DNA of 26,440 bases from Catajapyx aquilonaris (lineage: Eukaryota). The stretch lies in assembly GCA_000934665.2 (NCBI GenBank), contig KZ538285.1, forward strand, positions 62,001-88,440, given 5' to 3'. Made by a program: the position numbers and the translations under genes. Positions 22,118 to 26,440 of this stretch are shown in pieces (positions within the stretch are counted from its first letter, which is position 1; each line of letters begins with the position of its first letter). The notes below the pieces were generated by a model. That model saw only the letters and a program-made list of their open reading frames with translations, was not told the DNA's origin and searched no databases.

Positions 22118-23110
22118 CAAGGGAAGGTCACGGGGTGATAATGACGGATCTTGATGAAATTTAACATGCTAATACAGGACAATATATGATACCCAAAAAT
22201 GAAATATTTCGTGCGGAGGCCCATCATATTTGCAAAAGTTATGACGTCTTAAAGTTCCAAAAATAATACATTTTCATTCATAATGGGATTACATTAGCGA
22301 CCACATATAATGACATTGAAGTGTGTAATCAGTTTCTACACTTTTTCTCATCGGAAAAAAGTCCTACAGAACGGCTCCGTCCGTCCGTCCGTCTGTGGAC
22401 ACGTATCAAGGCCTAAACCGTAAGAGATACAGAGCCGCTATGTAGGACTTTTTTCCGATGAGACAAAGTGTAGAAACTGATTACACACTTCAATGTGGTC
22501 TTATATGTGGTCGCTAATGTAATCCCATTATGAACTCAATGAAAATGGTTTTTTTTTTAACTTTAAGACGTCATAACTTTTGCAAATATGGGCCTCCGCA
22601 TGAAATATTTCATTTTTGGGTATCATATACAGGGTGGACCAACTTCAAGTGTCGTTTTATAACGGCTATTAATAGAAGCGCTTTACGATTGACGTAGCAG
22701 CGACGTGTAAAATGTCCCACTTCGGCGCCATCGAAAATATTAGCTGCCAATATTAGCGTACATGTAATGAACCTGCTGCAACGAGTGCAACCACATGCGG
22801 CACCAATGCCAATCCGGCAGTCCGCAAAGAAGGCATTTCACCCAGGCGCATCTCAGTACATGTGTGAACCTGCTTTTTTCCAGGTCAACCCAGCAGCAGG
22901 GTTGATTACATGTGTGCTGCTATTGGCAGCAAATATTTTCGATGGCGCCGAAGTGGGACATTTTACACGTCGCTGCTACGTCATCGCAAAATCACTGCTA
23001 TTAATCGCCGTTATAAAACGACACTTGAAGTTGGTCCACCCTGTATTGTCCTGTATTAGCATGTTAAATTTCATCAAGATCCGTCATTATCACCCTGTGA
23101 CCTTCCCTTG
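22118..23110. mobile_element. Non-autonomous foldback DNA transposon (MITE), about 577 bp without its nested insert, 3-bp TCA target-site duplication
   Basis: Termini CAAGGGAAGGTCAC...GTGACCTTCCCTTG flanked by TCA (22115-22117 and 23111-23113). Arms of about 260 bp (22118-22377 vs 22432-23110 minus the insert) surround a 54-bp spacer with (CCGT)4. No transposase. Superfamily not resolved; a 3-bp TNA TSD fits PIF/Harbinger-type elements. Confidence 0.92.
22630..23043. mobile_element. Tc1/mariner-type MITE (414 bp) nested in the right arm of the outer element
   Basis: TA|CAGGGTGGACCAACTTCAAGTGTCG...CGACACTTGAAGTTGGTCCACCCTG|TA. TIRs of about 150 bp, the first 37 bp perfect. The TA duplication is confirmed by the uninterrupted left arm of the host element. 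Confidence 0.95.
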
Positions 23111-24059
23111 TCAGATCGCAAAATCCTCCCGAAAATTTTGCCCCGGTTGTTGCAGCAATAACTTTGTATTCGAGTAGTACTGTAGCTCCATACAGTATGA
23201 AGTAATCAGTAGTTTAACCCATCCAATAGTTTACTGCATGTCGTTCAGGCTGTAATGGTATGACATGGTGGACACTTAAAAATTGCGAATTTTTTGGCAA
23301 AACTCCTTCCTTTGGAATGTGTGCGCCAGCTTGGTTGTCTCCCTGGGGTTAAAAAATGCCAGAGATTCCAGCGCTCGGACTTCTCCAGAGTTACAGATTA
23401 GCTTAAAGGAGACGGGTAGTGTGCAACATTCCGCAGGTGCCGTGGAAATTGCAGGCAACGAGCATTCGCACTCTGGAGTTCCCCTGCTCGCATTCCACCA
23501 GCCGCAGCCATAATTTAATGCCCCCAACTTCCTTCTACCCCATACCAAAATGGTACGGAATATAGCCTTCATCTGGCTCTGCTAACTCTGACTGGAGGCT
23601 TTGGAATAACCCTTGGCTTCCGAAGGCAAGAGCCACCAAAATTCGAGTTCTCTACCCTTTTTTTCTGGCACTAAATTGAGTTACAAGGTTGTTTCTCTCC
23701 TTAGTGGCTAGGCCAGTGGTGGGCTTCCCGGACTTGATTTCCATGATTTTAGCACTACTCTGGCCCAAAATTAGAAAATTAAGTCAACTGAAAACCAGGG
23801 AAGTGTCCATTAAGCGCGTACATTTTGGGCGCATACATATTTGATGTGGTTGCAGGCTTTGCAGGCTGAAAAAGGGTATCAAATATCTCCCACTTAGGCA
23901 GTGTCAGCAACATCGGTGGCGGGGAGTACTGCCATAAAAACACTTGTCAAGTGAACTGTCGGCGTGACCTGCGTTTCTGGAAGCCATAACTCTGGGCCAG
24001 GAACAAGCTTCATTCACGGTCCGTGTAAACACGACGAGTCGAAGCTTCTTCGACAGTCA

Positions 24060-24450
24060 ATATTTCATGCACATACATTAAGTGGATGAATATGGCGGTT
24101 GTCAGCAAAGGTTGCGTGTCTGCGACGGTTATTTTTTCGGGAATTGGTTGCTGCTGAATGACAACGCTTTTTTGGGTGGGAGAGAAGGGGTGGTCTTAAA
24201 TGGTTTAAAGGGTGTTGGGGGGGGGGGTCTAACACTTAAAAAATATAGGAGTACTTTTATTCGGAATGAGAAACCCGTTAGGCACGTCCTGCCCACTGAA
24301 TACGTGCCTGATTGTTTCGGAATCGCCCAGTTGAAACCTAATTTCTCCAAGAGTATCCTGTATCGATTCAGGGGACAACGAGGCGGAGGGAACTTTTTAA
24401 TCTTGATCGCAGAGGCGTCGAGAGCATTACGCAGAATGACTGCATAACCA
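24060..24450 (+). pseudogene. CTLD remnant (locus B)
   Basis: KWMN/GCQQRL..DGY..NDNAFL, VLNGL, EKPV, PDCFGI, mostly within ORF 24082..24447. Confidence 0.55.
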
Positions 24451-25499
24451 CAAATTTTGCATTCTGCATTTAGGGACCAGCGGTGTTTTTCCCCAGAAGC
24501 TCCCTCGGGATAATGCTTAATCAAATGAAGCAATTCCATCGTAATTCACCGCGGCGTTTTTCATTACGAAACGGCGTCGTTTGACACAAACAACCCTCGC
24601 CAGCATATGCTGGGGTCAAACACCATGACGACTGTGTCGTAGGCATAAATGGGCCCTCGCCAACTAAAACTCTTGTCTCTTTAATTAATCAACAAATTCA
24701 ACTTTGTGCTCCAGTGTCTATAAACACTGCACTCAGCCCCTGTGTTGGGTTATTGACGACTCGTACTGCATAGAAGTTGCAAGTGCCACATGCTCTAAAA
24801 TGCATGACATTGACTTGAACCAAAAAAGAGCGATGTAAATGCGACTAATGCAACTCACGGCACAAGTTACCTAGATGCCTATAGAACTCACACTACTAGG
24901 CGATCAATATCAAAATTTTGTTGCTTTTGCAGTCCCCCCGGGCCACCACGTTAATTCGATCTGCAGTTGAAAATAAGCGTTCGCAATCACGTAATCTAAG
25001 CTGTATTGTGCTCTAGCCGACCTAGAAACGCTCCAATTCATCCCCATTCGCCAGCCTGATTAACGCCGACAGGTGCGAGACAAGAACCGGATAATTTTCT
25101 TCCATGGTCATCATCCGCTGCATCTGTTCATATTCACATTCAAACAACCAATCCCCCCCGACAGCATTCTCTCTATTTGAAGCGTGGTACTACCCCCTTT
25201 TCCCCGCCCCTCTTTTGAACCAAGCGCAACAAATGATTAGAACCATTTGAGCCGGAGAAATGAGCCCACGCATGATTGTCCCCGACTACATTGAGGATCC
25301 CGCCTGCATACATGTCAATCCGGCAATAATCCTTTCCGACACATTGCATTCTACACTGTACACGGTGTCGGAGGGGACGAGAAAAAAAATGGCGGGCCCA
25401 GGAGTAAACAGCAGGTCCCCCCAAATGAAGCCCGGAATGAGATGACTAATTGGAAGCACACCATCCCCCTACCTACTAACCCTTTGCCATCCATCGACA

Positions 25500-25970
25500 T
25501 GGGTTGGAATTTCCCGCATTTTTGCCTCCTAACGTCAACTGCAGCAGACATGGACCCCCCCCCCAACCGCCCCCACCCCCCAAAAAACCAGCTCCGAAAA
25601 ATAGCAGCCATCTAACTTCCCTAGCCCGTAAACTGCGCCCCATTGTAACGGATCGCACGCTTGTTGGCTGAATTAATTCCCGCATTGTTATGATAATCAG
25701 AGTTAATAAGCGGCCGACAGTGCATCTGGCCAGACTGGGCAGCCAAATACCCAGTGCTCGCCGGGGAGCGCTGAAGCACGAGCCGGCGTGGAGTTGCTAG
25801 GCCTGGCGGGCCCAATGGCGCTAGTCATGAAAATTGCATGACGGTACCCTCACTCCCCGAATTCTTCTTACAGGCTCCCAACTTTGCTGCTTTGGATGAC
25901 AAAATTCACTTATGGCACCTAAGACCGGCCAACTGTGCGACAGAATTTTCCTGCTGTATACGAGCGGCTC
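25500..25970 (+). pseudogene. CTLD remnant with near-canonical Ca-site loop (locus B)
   Basis: ACWLN, CIWPD, GGPNGASHENCMTV...LWHLRPANCATEFSCCI, matching EPNg..EnC...W...C..f..C. Confidence 0.75.
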
Positions 25971-26440
25971 ACTTTGACACCTCTTTCATGCTGAATTTCT
26001 AAGCTCCGTCTGCACTGGGTTTTTTTTCTGGAGGTAAAGAAATGCAGTCGGATTTTTACTGACGTCAAAGGTGCCTCAATATGCGTCTTTTTAGAAGAAA
26101 GTTGATAAATTGATGGTTGATTGATTATTGTGCACTGTGTAGCATTCGTTCACAAATGGCTATATTATTAGCTAATTTGCAGCGAATGAAACGGGGAAAT
26201 CCGACATATGAAATGTTTAAAAATACAGTATAATAATCGTGAAAGACGGATGATCAGCCTCTCAATGCAATTAACATTTTCAACAGCATACTTATGTCAA
26301 AATTCTGGCCATAACCACAGAAATATAAGCAGGCTTTCTTAACCGTGGGCAGGAAAGGTGGACATTTGAAACATTGGCGCTGCTGTCTTAATCCTTTGAA
26401 CTCGTGCAGTTCGGACTGCCATCATGCGGCAGTTACTGGA

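Larger units (their letters stand above)
21930..23325 (+). pseudogene. CTLD exon of locus B split by the MITE insertion
   Basis: WHIMLLLCQE..HL lies before the insertion. Removing 22118-23113 joins one frame: YFWDLETQ...FVFE*YCS...HPIVYCMSF...NCEFFGKTPSFGMC. Confidence 0.7.
20567..26440 (+). pseudogene. Locus B: 5' part of a degenerate multi-CTLD gene (at least 9 CTLDs, runs off the window end), interrupted by nested MITEs
   Basis: Signal-like MKLLKTNSLVALLS at 20567, donor gtaacg 20659, acceptor 20745. CTLD units at about 20790-21260, 21450-21900, 21930-23325, 23330-24040, 24060-24450, 24470-24960, 25020-25450, 25500-25970 and from 26040. Confidence 0.7.

Noticed and set aside
22767..23177. 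136-aa ORF as a possible transposase
   Set aside because: It runs through MITE inverted-repeat arms and has no DDE/D or HTH motif.
1..26440. Alternative genetic code (UGA=Trp) explaining the stops
   Set aside because: TAG and TAA stops and many frameshifts also occur, and TGG is still widely used for Trp, so recoding would not restore the frames.
1..26440. CRISPR array, rRNA/tRNA, RAG-like or other autonomous transposon, prokaryotic operon
   Set aside because: No regularly spaced repeats, RNA-gene signatures, transposase motifs or long intact ORFs were seen.

Overview
Eukaryotic (animal-like) genomic DNA with short GT-AG introns (about 65-90 bp); no prokaryotic genes, RNA genes or CRISPR array are supported. 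The supplied ORF track shows only fragments. Manual translation across stops and frameshifts shows that nearly the whole window is tandem, highly divergent C-type lectin-like domains (CTLDs), roughly 50 by eye, in three loci. Locus C is on the + strand (<1-5436, about 12 CTLDs). Locus A is on the - strand (about 5504-20251, about 28-30 CTLDs plus one small ShK-like Cys module). Locus B is on the + strand (about 20567 to beyond 26440, at least 9 CTLDs). C and A meet tail-to-tail; A and B are head-to-head about 315 bp apart. All three carry many stops, frameshifts and homopolymer runs, so they are pseudogenes and/or low-quality consensus. A CTLD exon of locus B is split by a nested pair of near-intact MITEs: a 3-bp TCA-TSD foldback element carrying a TA-TSD Tc1/mariner-type MITE. 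Domain counts and boundaries are approximate and come from motif recognition, not an HMM search.
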